A stretch of 63,319 bases of DNA, filler included, from Vermamoeba vermiformis (taxonomy: Eukaryota), in NCBI GenBank assembly GCA_045837725.1. It is 3 parts of 3 records of this genome, joined end to end, with 100 filler letters (N's around TTAATTAATTAA, not from the genome) between each part and the next. Parts side by side here need not be neighbours in the genome. Positions count along the whole stretch, not along the records: positions 24,628 to 55,420 come from JBEWZL010000058.1; 2 more parts are not named here. The stretch is one strand, 5' to 3'. Shown piece after piece: positions 25,208 to 36,948 of this stretch. Below the pieces are notes generated by a model that had not been told where the DNA came from, made no database searches, and worked only from the letters and a program-made list of their open reading frames with translations. Within the stretch, counting starts at the first letter, position 1, and each line of letters starts with the position of its first letter. The position numbers and the translations under genes were made by a program.

Positions 25208-28145
25208 ATGGCCAAAGTAGTAAACCTTGGTGCCACATGCTACATTAGCAGTTCTTTACAGCTATTATTTAGTATTGAAGCTTTCCGTGAGCTTGTTATA
25301 TCATCAAAACCTACACACAAACTTGCGATTGAATTTCGACAGATTATCACACTTATGAAGAGTAATAAAACAATTCATATCGAACCATTAACAAGGCTAT
25401 TGAAAATATCAAAAGCAAGCTACCAAAAAGAACACCGTGATTTACAAGAGTTTCTGCTCAATTTATTGGACAAGTTAACTGAAGACTCTGAGTTCAAGCG
25501 AATTATAAAGCAAGTTTTTGGTGGTGCCTTACAACGTAATGGTTCAGAATTAATGGAGCCTTTTATAGGTACAAATGACTGCTGCAACTCGACTTAATTT
25601 CAATTGACTTTATAATTTAGATATTTCAATTCCAGTTGCCCCCGGCAATGTTGTGGACAGTTTAGTTCAACTTTTCAGCAGTGTACGTAACATTTGCATA
25701 AGACTTGGATTTTAACTTATTCAATGATAAGGACTGGGGTTCACACAAATTTTTGACATTCCCCACTGCATTAGTCCTCCACCTTAAGCGTTTTGATAAT
25801 CTGGGCAACAAGAATGAAGCGAAGTTTCACTTCAAGTCAACTCTAGTTATTCCAGCAAAGCTCAGTTGTAGTGGTCATGCAGAGACCTACCAACTCAAAT
25901 CAATAATAGTGCACCAAGGAACTGCTAAACAGGGTCACTACGTAACCTACAGCCTTGCGAACAACCAATGGCTTGAACTCAATGATGCAGTCGTCTCAAA
26001 GGTAGTCAAAGTATGCCATTTTGCAGGTTCTAACCTCAATGTAGGCTCCCAAAGACTTCATGCAGAGGTTATTTGAGGGAATTGCAAGTGCTTATATCTT
26101 AGTGTACTGCACACAGCGTATTTCATCCCCAACCAAGTCCAGACCCACACGAATTATTGGAAATGAATCACAGCAATTTAATGATTTTATGGAATGGGAC
26201 TCAACATCATGTCAAAGTGATCCAATAGAGATATCAGATAGTGAATATGAAGCAAACGAAAGTGATGATATGAGTGAATCAATTGAAGAAGATAATGAAG
26301 AGACATCAGAAGTCGCAAGTCCTGCAGCAGTGAAAGAAGGTATTGATTTCTCATTCATTAATCATTTTGATAACCATTACTGGCAGCTAAACTTCAAGCA
26401 AAACTGTCTGGGTGGAAAAACGATGGGAGTAAATTCAAGCCCAAAACTTCTCAACCATTGACAAACCCAGGACCAAAGCACCAGCTCATCTTAACAAAAA
26501 TTAATGCAATACGTCATCAACTGGGAAAGCCAAAACTGTCTTCAACACTACGTGTCACAGAGCTTGACTGTTACTTACTTATGATGAATGACATAATTGA
26601 ACATATTGAAAAAACAACAGATGCAAATCTGCACATCAAAGCAGTCGATTTGCGCGCTTATCTTGGTGTTAGAATTGCACAACAATTATTGCCAGGTCAT
26701 TCTGTTGATGACTCTTGGGCCTCCTTTTTGCATTCACGCGCCATGTGGGGCAACAGGTGGATTGCTAAAACAATGCTAAAAGATGAATTCAAGTTTATAC
26801 ACCGGAACAAAAAGTAAGTTCGTTGTTCACTCACTGTAATGGTTCTTACCTTTGGTCTTAGGTATGATGTGTACTTTGTTTGGGCAGCTCTGAATCAAAC
26901 CTACTCAGAAATATGGGTGCCATTCAGCCACCTTGCTTTAGATGATAAAGCAAATGCTTGGAAAGGAAGGTCAATTTACAAGATTTACAGATTACGCAAG
27001 CCATTCCCTTGGGCAATGTTAGAATATGTCATTATTGATGAAAGTGGATGGATGTCTGGCTTCATTCCTCGATATGGACTGTTTGCTACCATAACAGACA
27101 AGTTCAAGAAATGGCGAGAGTTATATCACGCCTTCAAAACAGGTCAACTTTCGCAAAGACCTCTACCATTTAAAACAATGTTTCCACGAGCATCAAAGAC
27201 AAATTTCGATTTGGAAAAAGCCGTCAGTTTTTTATTGTCAAGACTCCCTGACAAACAAAGGCACGTTTATGACTTTATTAGAGAACCCACAAATTATGAA
27301 GAATGGAACAATCTGACAACTCGAAACTTATCACACTATCATGTATTTTGTGACAGAGAGTTTTCCTCACTATGGCAGCACCTGCAAAAGCACAATATTG
27401 GATACACTGTTGGCATTATTGGAACATCACACCCTAACCTGTTTCAAAACAACCTTGCTCATTGTTTACAGCCAGGACAATGGCGCAGCTTAACAAACGA
27501 CTCAGATATCATCATGTCATTCTATGACCCTCAAGGCAAGACCTGTCACTGGGCTAGTAATCGAGGAACAGCAGCCTCAATTTCTGAAAAAGTAATTGAT
27601 GGAAACAAAAAGAAAAAGCTTGCATACTCTGCTCCCCACTTGGTGCAACAATATCGGACATACTTCAGTTCTGTGGATAAGCATAACTCCAAAGCCAAGA
27701 AGTTTAAGTGGCCCTACCGGATTCGAAAAGTAACAGAGCGCTTAGTATTTGCAGATTGGGAGCGCTCTGCTCAAGTTCAGGCAGAAACACTCTTCAAAAG
27801 ACTCACCAACAGTGATATTCCTGCCAAGAAATTTCTTGCCAATTTAGCGCGCTCCCTGGTAGAGGAATTCCAATCAAAAAGGAAACGAAACTACACAATA
27901 GAAGCGTTAGATCTTGTGCGCGCCAGTGGAAAGCATAATCCATACACCCACACCTGTGCGTACGAATTTGGCAACTCCAAGCGTTGTTTCTTTTGTCAAA
28001 CTCAAAAGATATCTTCTTCTACACTGTAAGTATGTGTAGGTGTACTTTTGTCAAACTAATTAATTGCCTTAGCTACAAGTGCATTCAGTGCAAAGTTGCC
28101 TTACACAAGAAGTGCTGGAAGAAATTCAAAGGTGTAAATCTTTAA
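25208..28145 (+). CDS. USP (peptidase C19) deubiquitinase fused to a piggyBac-like DDD transposase (multi-exon)
   Basis: USP: NLGATCYISSSLQ Cys box, DLQEFL, LVLHLKRF, IIVHQG...GHY...W..LND His box, AYILVY. Intron 26340-26386 joins in frame to a piggyBac core: LALDD...WKGRS..K.Y...KP, HVFCDREFSS, P.LV..Y......VD, and a C-terminal Cys-rich domain (RCFFC...KCIQCKVALHKKC). Confidence 0.82.
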
Positions 28146-28183
28146 GTTTTGTACAAGGAGTTATCAGTTAACTATTGTGTGAA

Positions 28184-28451
28184 TAGCATGTAACACGTTG
28201 TGGTGTAGCATGAGCACGAAAGTGCCTGAGGCGGCTTTGACGCAAAAAACCTCGTGTGTAGGCACTGAGAGTTTGGGGATAGTCAGCTTGCTTCAGATTT
28301 ATTCACATAATCACCTGCTAGGCTAACTGTTAGTAGCATGTAACACGTTGTGGTGTAGCATGAGCACGAAAGTGCCTGAGGCAGCTTTGACGCAAAAAAC
28401 CTCGTGTGTAGGCACTGAGAGTTTGGGGATAGTCAGTTTGCTTCAGATTTA
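28184..28451 (+). repeat. Subterminal direct repeat: two near-identical ~118-bp copies with a 150-bp period
   Basis: tagcatgtaacacgttgtggtgtagcatgagcacgaaagtgcctgag...cttcagattta at 28184 and 28334. Confidence 0.95.
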
Positions 28452-28557
28452 CTCAACAGACGATAGCCTGGGCTACTATTGAGCTTATTTATGAGAAATG
28501 GGAGCAGCCATGTCCAAATTCTGGTACGTCTACCGTGTAGACTTCCAGTTGGTTAAG

Positions 28558-28730
28558 GAATATTGTCATTAATATAATAATCCATCCAGAAGGAGCACGA
28601 GTCGATATTAAGAACAATGAGGGCGAGGCCCCGATCGACATTCTGCCAAATCTGCTCCAACTGGACAGATCTCTTGTGCGATTGGTGAAAGAACGAAGAG
28701 ACAAAAAATTAATGGCAACAGTACCCCAAT
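28558..28730 (+). pseudogene. Orphan 3' end of an F-box/ankyrin gene paralog
   Basis: Near-identical to 33483-33660 (GxRVDIKNNEGEAPIDILPNLLQLDRSLVRLV); upstream part replaced by the piggyBac-like element. Confidence 0.85.
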
Positions 28731-28972
28731 CAACGGAACATTCATCCGTGTCTCAAACAACATTCGCATTCTAATGACGTGCGTGTTTGGATCCTCTACC
28801 AGGTTTAGAAGAATAATGAACACGAACAAACATGTTTCAGGTACTTGAGACTATTTACGTAGTTCATTACTGTAACGAGGGGTATCAATTAAATTTTAAC
28901 GAAAATGGCGCCAAACAAACTTGACGTCAATGTGACACGCCAGAAGTGCCATAGTCCCATTTTTTGACCACT

Positions 28973-31900
28973 ATGGAACCAACAGCAGATGCTACCGTCG
29001 ATTTAATCGATGATTTATGGTGTAGAATATTCAATGGTTTGGACTGCAAGTTGAGGGCTTCACTCTTCCAGGTAATCCGGATGTGATCTGCCAGCAGGGA
29101 ACCCAATTCGCAAATTGATTATTTTCCGTAATATATTTTGGGTTTAAATAATTTTCTATGTTAATCAGAGGGAAATCTTAATTTATTCTTGTTATTAATT
29201 TTGTATTTCAAAAGGTTTGCAAGCGGTGGAAGACGGTCGCATCCAACCTCCGTTGTTGGACAACACTGGATGTCGAATTTCATACTCAATCAGAGCCAAG
29301 ATTAAGCAAAATAGTAGCTTCGTTTTGTCAATTCATAACCAACTACTGCTCGATGGCGACGCACGTGTGCATTGCAAAAAAAGGCGCTGATCATTTTTGG
29401 ACGATTCTAATGACCTTGTTTCCACTTCGGCAACTGCGATATTTAAAGATCTACGTCGACAGCAGAGACTACCGCGCTCGCCAAACCTTTGGATCTGCTA
29501 CGTTTCCAAAGCCTGATTGGTCGAATCTGATTTATCTCAACTTGAATTTACCACCGTACAATATCTCTATCGACGGCCGGCAATGGGAGAGATTAACAGA
29601 GGTACGCTTCATTAATTAGGGTGTTCATTGTTTAATTAATTTAATAAGGGAGCCCCTAATCTTGAAGAGCTATATTTAAGTTGCACAGCAGTGGCAATGG
29701 GGAATCAAACTGCGCTGCTCAAAGGCTTGCAAAACCTTCAAAAACTGAAGATATTGTACGCGGACTGGCACCAGAGTATCGACAACGATACTATTGTAAA
29801 GCATGTGCCTCAGCTACAAATGCTAATTTCTTCCGCGTCTCAAAATGATCAACGAGGCAATTTTTTCAACCAGCCGATGTTTGGAGGTCCAATTCCATTC
29901 GGAGGTCCTCCGCAACCTATTGGCACACAAAACCAATCAAATGGTCCCAAGTACATCGGCAGCACTCTTGCGATTAGTTGCGATATGTTGCGGTCACGTG
30001 ACTTGGAGATTGTGAAGAAGTTTGGGCACGTGCTATCGAAATCAAACTACGCTTTCTACTTCTCCGAGCAATTGGCCACTATTGAACCCCCTGCACCAAT
30101 GAGTGTACCTTTATTGCACTACTTGTTTAATGACCTGAAGCTGGATATCAACTGCTGCACAACTCGAAGATCCGATCCGTTCGCTGTGGATTTGGTCCCA
30201 GCATTATTACCACCCTTGGCGGTAAGAATACCCACCATCGAAACATAATAGTTACTAATTGTTATTGCCAGTGGTATCCGCTAAATACAGTTCTGGATGA
30301 CGTTGAACTGGTTCGAATTCTATTGGACTTCGGAGCAGATCCGAACTACCCAGCTGAAGGAGACTCACCATTAGGATTCCACAAAACTTCCAAAGAAAGT
30401 TGTATTCTTCTACTTGAGTACGGCGCAGATCCCCTGAAGAAAGTTGAAGGGTTGGCCGTAATGCGACGTTGGTTTGACATGTACTCCGATGCGGGTATAT
30501 TGCTCTACTATTTAGTTGCAAATAATCGGTGCTTAATTAATTTGTGCCATTTTCAGAACTTATGGACGTGCTACTCGTTGCGTTAAACAAAGGTTTGGAC
30601 ATCAATCAGATTCTTGACGGATCTGACACAATTCTTGACGTATGTAATCTGGTATAATAATTTCTCTTATTGCAGTGCCTAATGATTCATTCTAGCTCGC
30701 GATCGCACGTAGACATAAGCATACTGCTCAAGAGCTGCTGAAACTTGGAGCTCGTTGGACTCCTCCTTCGATGGACAAACTGATACTTTGGGACTCTAAT
30801 TGGGTGTGTTATTCATAAACCAACGAACTGCTATACCTCATGATAATTAATACCAATTTGTAGTGGTCTGAAGTAATCCAAAGTGGTGGTTTTGATGTTA
30901 GCCAATTACTTCTCAGCACTGCGTTGACAGCCGTCAAGTTGCGTCTTTATCCAATGGTGTAAGTACTCACATACCGCATATCTTTCCGAAGAGTAGCTCT
31001 ATAATACAAAATATCTAATTTTTTTTTACGGCATGAAAGTCGAAAGTTCCTTCAAGATTTTCCGCGCGATCTTGATGAGCAAAATGGCTTCAGTTTAACA
31101 CACTACATTTCATTACTGTTGCAAAGCAATACATACGGTTTAAACAGAAAAGTCAACCAAAAAAAAGAATTCTTTGGATTTGGTGCACGTCCTACGACAG
31201 CCTCTAAAAAATCGTTCGAGGAAGTCAAAATTGAGTCGTCATCAACGGAATGGCAGTTATTGGGCCAAATGATCACCGAACTCAATCTTGACGTCAATAT
31301 GAAGACATCTACTGGCAAGACACCGTTGTTGTTAGTGTGCGAGAGTGAAAACCAAGTAGACGCTACCTTGAAGACATTAATCGAAATGGGTGCAAATGTC
31401 AATGAGCCAGTAAGACCTATCGCCGAGTAAAGGCGCTCAAGTATATACTTTCTGATGTCAAAATCGTAGGATCTTAATGGATGGACGCCACTCCACGCAG
31501 CTTGTTTTGGAGGCCACTACAGTACGATGCAGCTGTTACTGTCGCACGGGGCAAACATCAACGCACAAGATAAGCTTGGCCTCACCCCTATTATGGCAAG
31601 GGTATTATCGTCACAGCATGGAGCCCTATCGGATTTTATTGCCGTTGATTTCGACGTAACGCTCAAAGATAAGGTTGGTTCAGATCTTTCAAAAAGTTCA
31701 TTCTAACGAACTCTCAGTACACTCATCGAGCGATCTTGCACTTTCTCGCTGCTGTTGGGGCATATCAAGAGATTGCAATTCTATTGGATAAGAAGCCTGA
31801 GCTTGATATCAACTGTCGGTAAGTGCCGTACAAACGATTACATTTTCGTGACTTTTACACTTAGTGACGTACACGGGTTTACTCCGCTTCATTATGCAGC

Positions 31901-33638
31901 AAAAGTAGGACACAACGACACGATGAAGTTGCTCGTTGAACGTGGTGCAGATGTGAATGCCATGAGCAACACTTTGGCTTTGACACGTACGCACAAATAC
32001 CTTATGAACTGATTCTGACGGTTAATTTGACAGCTATTGCGGTGTATTTAGCAAAGCACAATCCAAAACATCCATATCATCAGTACATCGAAACGTACAT
32101 GAATATCGAGGCTACTACTGGTCATGTCATTGATGTTTATGTAGGAGCCAAGGAGTAAGTGGATCTTGTGCTACTTACGACACTAACGACAAATTAAAGA
32201 GTTGGATCTCTTTGCAAGCTTACGCTAGCGCCTTGGACCGTAGCTAGTGGTATTAATAACGGGCGAGTGTAAGTTCGGCAAAAGGAAATTCGTGGGTGCT
32301 AACACATTCAGTTTTCGATCGTCTCCGCCCAGTTCTGGCGACAACCATTTTCTGCCATGGCCCACGAATTTATCGCTAAATGATCCGTTTGGAAACAACT
32401 TGTTGCACATAGTACGTTTTTTTTTCTGGTTTTACACGGATCTTGTACATCTAACGGTCGTCACTTTTACAAAGCTTGTTAGAACACATTGCGTAGCGTC
32501 TCTCATCAAGGAAGAACCAGAATTTGCGGAGTTTCACAAACTGTGGTCGAAACCAAACAAGCGCGGAACAACGCCATTCCACTTGTAAGATCCGAACTAA
32601 CCTTTTCGAATCTCGAACTAACGTTATGTTTAGATTTGCCATGGATAATCAGTAAGTATATTTGGGTCATACAGGTTCTCTATTAATGTTTTGTAGGCTG
32701 TCACAGTTTGACAAGAATAATGAAATCGAATTTGTCAACAGTTTTATGATTTCACAACAACGCGAGCTGCTCTATAGCTTTAACAATAAGGATGAGCACG
32801 GCAAGACTGCTCTTGATTATTTTTTTTGCCATTCAAGTGTTCACCAGATCGCGGCAACGCTGGACGAGATCCAAGGTACCAACTGCGATCTGTTGGTTTT
32901 TCAAATTTAGCTGATAAGTACTATTATAGGTATCAATTTCGTGAGTCCTTCGGTCTATTCTCAACCCACTTCGTTGCTTCATTCGGCGGTCAGTGGTGCA
33001 ACTTTGACCAAAACTTTGTTGATGAGAGTCGCCAAGATGGATTCCAATGCGTTGAATATGAAAATCAACGGAAAAACGCCATTTATGATCTTTATCGAAA
33101 AGGTAAGCAGTTTATGGCTAAAATGTTGCGCTTCAGAAAAGTACTCTAACTTTACTATGCAGCTGTTAACCGGCAATTTCAATGAGCAGCAAAGTGCGTT
33201 GTTGGATTGTTTCCTAGAATGCAAAGGTACTCGTGCGTATCGATTTAGCTTGGATATTCGAAACTGACACTTGTTTCTCAGTGGATCTGAACGCTCAAGA
33301 CAACGAAGGAAACACTGCTCTCCATTACGCATGCTACTTCTTCCATCTTGGTGCTTGGGATTATTACATGCAAAGTAATGCACTGGACGAATCATCTGTG
33401 TTCAGTGTGACCTTATTCAAGCTTCTTGAAGGTAAAAACTGAGAGCGAGCAGATCTTCATTTTTTCTTACTACTTGCCCGAATATATTGTTATTAATATC
33501 ATAATCCATCCAGGAGGAGTACGAGTCGATATTAAGAACAATGAGGGCGAGGCACCGATCGACATTCTGCCAAATCTGCTCCAACTCGACAGATCTCTTG
33601 TGCGATTGGTAGAAGAGCAAAAACGAGACAAAACTTAA
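28973..33638 (+). CDS. F-box / LRR-like / ankyrin-repeat protein (many exons)
   Basis: F-box DLIDDLWCRIF..L...VCKRWK, LRR-like LEELYL and LQKLKILY, and multiple ankyrins (GKTPLLL, GWTPLHAA, GFTPLHYAA...LLVERGADVN, GNTALHYAC). Confidence 0.8.
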
Positions 33639-34061
33639 TGCGACAATATTATCCAATCGCTGAATCGGAACGTAATAAAAACTGGATTAGCACGTTGGTA
33701 AAATACTTGCAGTCGTAAAACGAAAATTGGCAATTCGATTCTGAAGTCGAAACAATAGAATACCGACTGGCTATTTTAAGCTGCATGTTGTCAATATAGT
33801 TATCGCGAGGTCGACTTGATATATGTAAGTTAATACTATAACGTTATAGTCACGTGTTTTCTATAGTCACGTGTTTTCTATAGTCACGTGCTTCACAAGA
33901 AACAACAAATTTTTTGATTAGTTTATTTTTAAAGCTGATGGAGAACAATAACGACGACGAAGAAATATTTGAAATATTATTCAGAGTGTGGGAAAACGGC
34001 AAACCAACGTATTTAACTGATAGATGCTTGTTGCGGCTTTTTGGTGTACGAACAATTAGTG

Positions 34062-35419
34062 TGTAATAAATAAGCGTGTATATTTATTGTAGGAAGGTCA
34101 CCAAATAATGACGACTTGTAACGTAACTAAATACTGACAATCACGTGACAAGTGTCACCTATTTTCATTACATTTCCCTCTCCCCAGAGTAAACCAAGGC
34201 TTGAACATAGCTCCACCAGGGTCGAAGGGCTGCAGTGGTACGTAATTTCTTTCGCACCCGAACTTCACTAGAAATCTCCTTATCTCCGTGTCTCGTTCTT
34301 CTCGATCTTCTCTATAGATTCTAATAATATCTCTTTTCTCTGCATCTCTCTCCGCTCTTCTCTTTGAAGCGTTGGGCCAATCTTCGCTCGGATCTAATCT
34401 CTCCTCGCACTCTTTTCTATATTTAAAAATATTTCTCCCGCCCCCGTAGGCCCGGGCCTGTTTCCTCTGTGTCGGGGCAGTCTCTGACTTCAAGTCCTGC
34501 GGTCCAGTTGCAGCGCTAATCTCTCGATGACGTGTAATCTCAGATTCTGTACACAAAATCTCCGTCACACCTGCTGACGTGTCAATACTATCGACTAACG
34601 GTTCTCCAATAAGCATATCTTCACTCATAATACTATTTTCTTTGCTTCTCTCTTCTTCGCCGTCCATTTTCTCCGCGTTCTGCAGCGCATCCGCAACTCG
34701 ATCGGATATAATTTCTTCTAACGTACTTGACTCGCGTTCTCTCTTCTCTAACGGGGCTTCTACCTTGCTAAACTCTTCATTAATAACTCTCGCCACAATA
34801 CGCATGAACTTCTCCGACGATAAAAAAGTGATGACGTCACTCGCGCGATCCAGTCGCTCCAGAATCTTCTCGAACTTCCTTCTCAACTTGCCTAGCTTCT
34901 TCTCCTCTTCGCATAGGCGGGTAACCTTCCTCTCTGTCTTCTCCAACTTCTTAACGAATTTTCCAAGATCCCAAAGTTCGCATCCACTCAGGATCTCCTT
35001 TCTATACTTCTTAATTCTCTTCTTATAATTTTCCTTACTCGCATTAATGCTCTTCTGAATTATGGCAAGCTTCTCCTTAATTTTCTCCGCTTCCAACTTC
35101 AGATTCGACGCTCGCAAACTTTTCGGCAAACTTCCCTGAGCCCAGCCAGAGAATACCTCTATCTCCTTCTTCAATTCTCGTCGTGCCGCTCGCACTTCCT
35201 CTAGCGACGGCAAAACCAACTTCTCCATCCGCGTTCCAAACGCGCGATCCACTCAATCCAACTCGATCTCACCTCCCACCCAGTGAGAGGGCCTGCTTCG
35301 CTACCAAATGTAATAAATAAGCGTGTATATTTATTGTAGGAAGGTCACCAAATAATGACGACTTGTAACGTAACTAAATACTGACAATCACGTGACAAGT
35401 GTCACCTATTTTCATTACA
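34062..35419 (-). mobile_element. Non-autonomous LTR retroelement (1358 bp, TRIM/TR-GAG-like)
   Basis: Identical 111-bp LTRs at 34062-34172 and 35309-35419 (TGTAAT...ATTACA). 4-bp TSD AGTG. PBS TGGTAGCG next to the 5' LTR on the minus strand, polypurine tract GGGGGAGAGGGAAA next to the 3' LTR. No pol. Confidence 0.95.
34155..35228 (-). CDS. Internal ORF of LTR element: coiled-coil, possibly Gag-like protein
   Basis: Open ~357 aa from ATG 35228, E/K/R-rich coiled coil, C-terminal FDPGG; stop lies inside the 3' LTR. Confidence 0.7.
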   Translation of the reverse strand: MEKLVLPSLEEVRAARRELKKEIEVFSGWAQGSLPKSLRASNLKLEAEKIKEKLAIIQKSINASKENYKKRIKKYRKEILSGCELWDLGKFVKKLEKTERKVTRLCEEEKKLGKLRRKFEKILERLDRASDVITFLSSEKFMRIVARVINEEFSKVEAPLEKRERESSTLEEIISDRVADALQNAEKMDGEEERSKENSIMSEDMLIGEPLVDSIDTSAGVTEILCTESEITRHREISAATGPQDLKSETAPTQRKQARAYGGGRNIFKYRKECEERLDPSEDWPNASKRRAERDAEKRDIIRIYREDREERDTEIRRFLVKFGCERNYVPLQPFDPGGAMFKPWFTLGRGKCNENR

Positions 35420-36177
35420 AGTGACGGCGATATCTTGCGGATTCCTGCTTCGAAGACTCTGCAGTGGAAAATAGCAAAGAGGGAAGCATTGTTTGAAGCG
35501 CGGATTGCCGATCTCAAAGACATCCGAAGCAGAAGAAACATGACGACAAGTTTCCTGATCACAGGAGGAGACTGTGATACTACTATTGAGTGCTGGTTGG
35601 TAAATATACGAAACACTAAAAGAGAATGTAAAAAAACAGTGTAAATACTCATGCTAAATGTAAATCCTCGCAGTAAAGACTCTCTAACCTGCACAATTTT
35701 TTTGAGATCGGCGCGGATGAAAGTGGTTTGTATCAAATCCTCATCGTGCAAATTAATTCGTGATCCGTAGATCAGCAATACAGATAGAATTCTATATCAT
35801 GCTATGGTTTTGAGGATAATCGCACGAGGGAGAGCTTCAATTCGAAAGTCCGCATCCAGTCGTTTTCACAAACTTCGTATTCAGCACCGCAACCGTCACT
35901 CATGGCCCGTTTGAGGAATGTTAAATATGCGTACAATTCGGGTTTGCAGCCTGTATGCATAGCAGTTGCTAAGATCAAAGGAGATTGGTGATTCGATTCT
36001 GAAGTTGAAACAATAGAATACCGATTGCTTTTTAAAGCTGCATGTTGTCAATAGTTATCGCGAGGTGCGGCTTGATAAATGTAAGTTATTGCTATTAAAA
36101 TATACGGCCACGTGTTTTCTATAGTCACGTGCTGCAAAAGAAACAACAAAATTTTTGGTGAGCTTATTTTAAAGCTG

Positions 36178-36519
36178 ATGGAGAACAAGAACGACGACGA
36201 AGAAATATTTGAGATATTATTCAGAGTGTGGGAAAACGGCAAACCAACGTATTTAACTGATAGATGCTTGTTGCGTCTTTTTGGTGTGCGAACAATTAGC
36301 GATGGCGATATCCTGCGGATTCCTGCATCCAAGGCTCTGCAGTGGAAAGCAGAAAAGAGGGAAGCATTGTTTAAAGCACGGATAGCTGATCTCAAAGACA
36401 TCCGAAGCAGAAGAAACATGACGACAAGTTTTTTGATCAGAGGAGACTACAATATGATTATTGAGTGCTGGTTAGTAAATCTACGAAACACTAAAAGAGA
36501 ATGTAAAAAAACCGTGTAA
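36178..36519 (+). CDS. Small hypothetical protein (113 aa, intact copy 2 of a tandem duplication)
   Basis: Open ORF. The paralog at 33938-35644 keeps the same frame, and upstream flanks (from about 33735 and 35991) are also duplicated. Confidence 0.6.
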   Translation: MENKNDDEEIFEILFRVWENGKPTYLTDRCLLRLFGVRTISDGDILRIPASKALQWKAEKREALFKARIADLKDIRSRRNMTTSFLIRGDYNMIIECWLVNLRNTKRECKKTV

Positions 36520-36948
36520 ATACTCTCGATAAAGACAAATTCTGCAAAGTAACGAATCCGCTCGTCTTGTACTACTAAATTATCATTTCAAATTTAGGTT
36601 TTTACAACGTCGAACTGCATTTTACTAGCTAAGATCTGCAAAAAGCCAGATCCGCGGCTAAAATTTTCCTAACGGTTCGCGGGACAATTGAGGCCAACAA
36701 TACTTTTAGTATCACGCAACGAAGCATTTGGAAGCTTTGAACAGGCAAATAGAATCAAAACCTAATTATGATTTGTCACCAACGCGAAGTAAAATTCTCG
36801 CAATTTCCAAATTTAGACTTAGTTAGTTCGTTATTGAAACTGGATGTTTATCCGCCAAATTCAGAACTTACTCGTTAATGAACTGAGCAACACAAAATAA
36901 TAATAATCACGCACGTATTTTTCAAATCTTCGCTGTGCGCTATTCACG

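Larger units (their letters stand above)
24627..28556 (+). mobile_element. piggyBac-like transposon; right end probably ...CAGTTGG|TTAA at 28552/28553, left end not found (probably in the gap)
   Basis: Transposase gene, subterminal tandem repeat, and a TTAA at 28553-28556 directly abutting a truncated host gene paralog. Confidence 0.65.
33938..35644 (+). pseudogene. Small hypothetical gene (copy 1) disrupted by LTR element
   Basis: MENNNDDEEIFEILFRVWENGKPTYLTDRCLLRLFGVRTIS, then the insertion, then DGDILRIPASK...ECKKTV; colinear with the intact copy at 36178. Confidence 0.85.
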
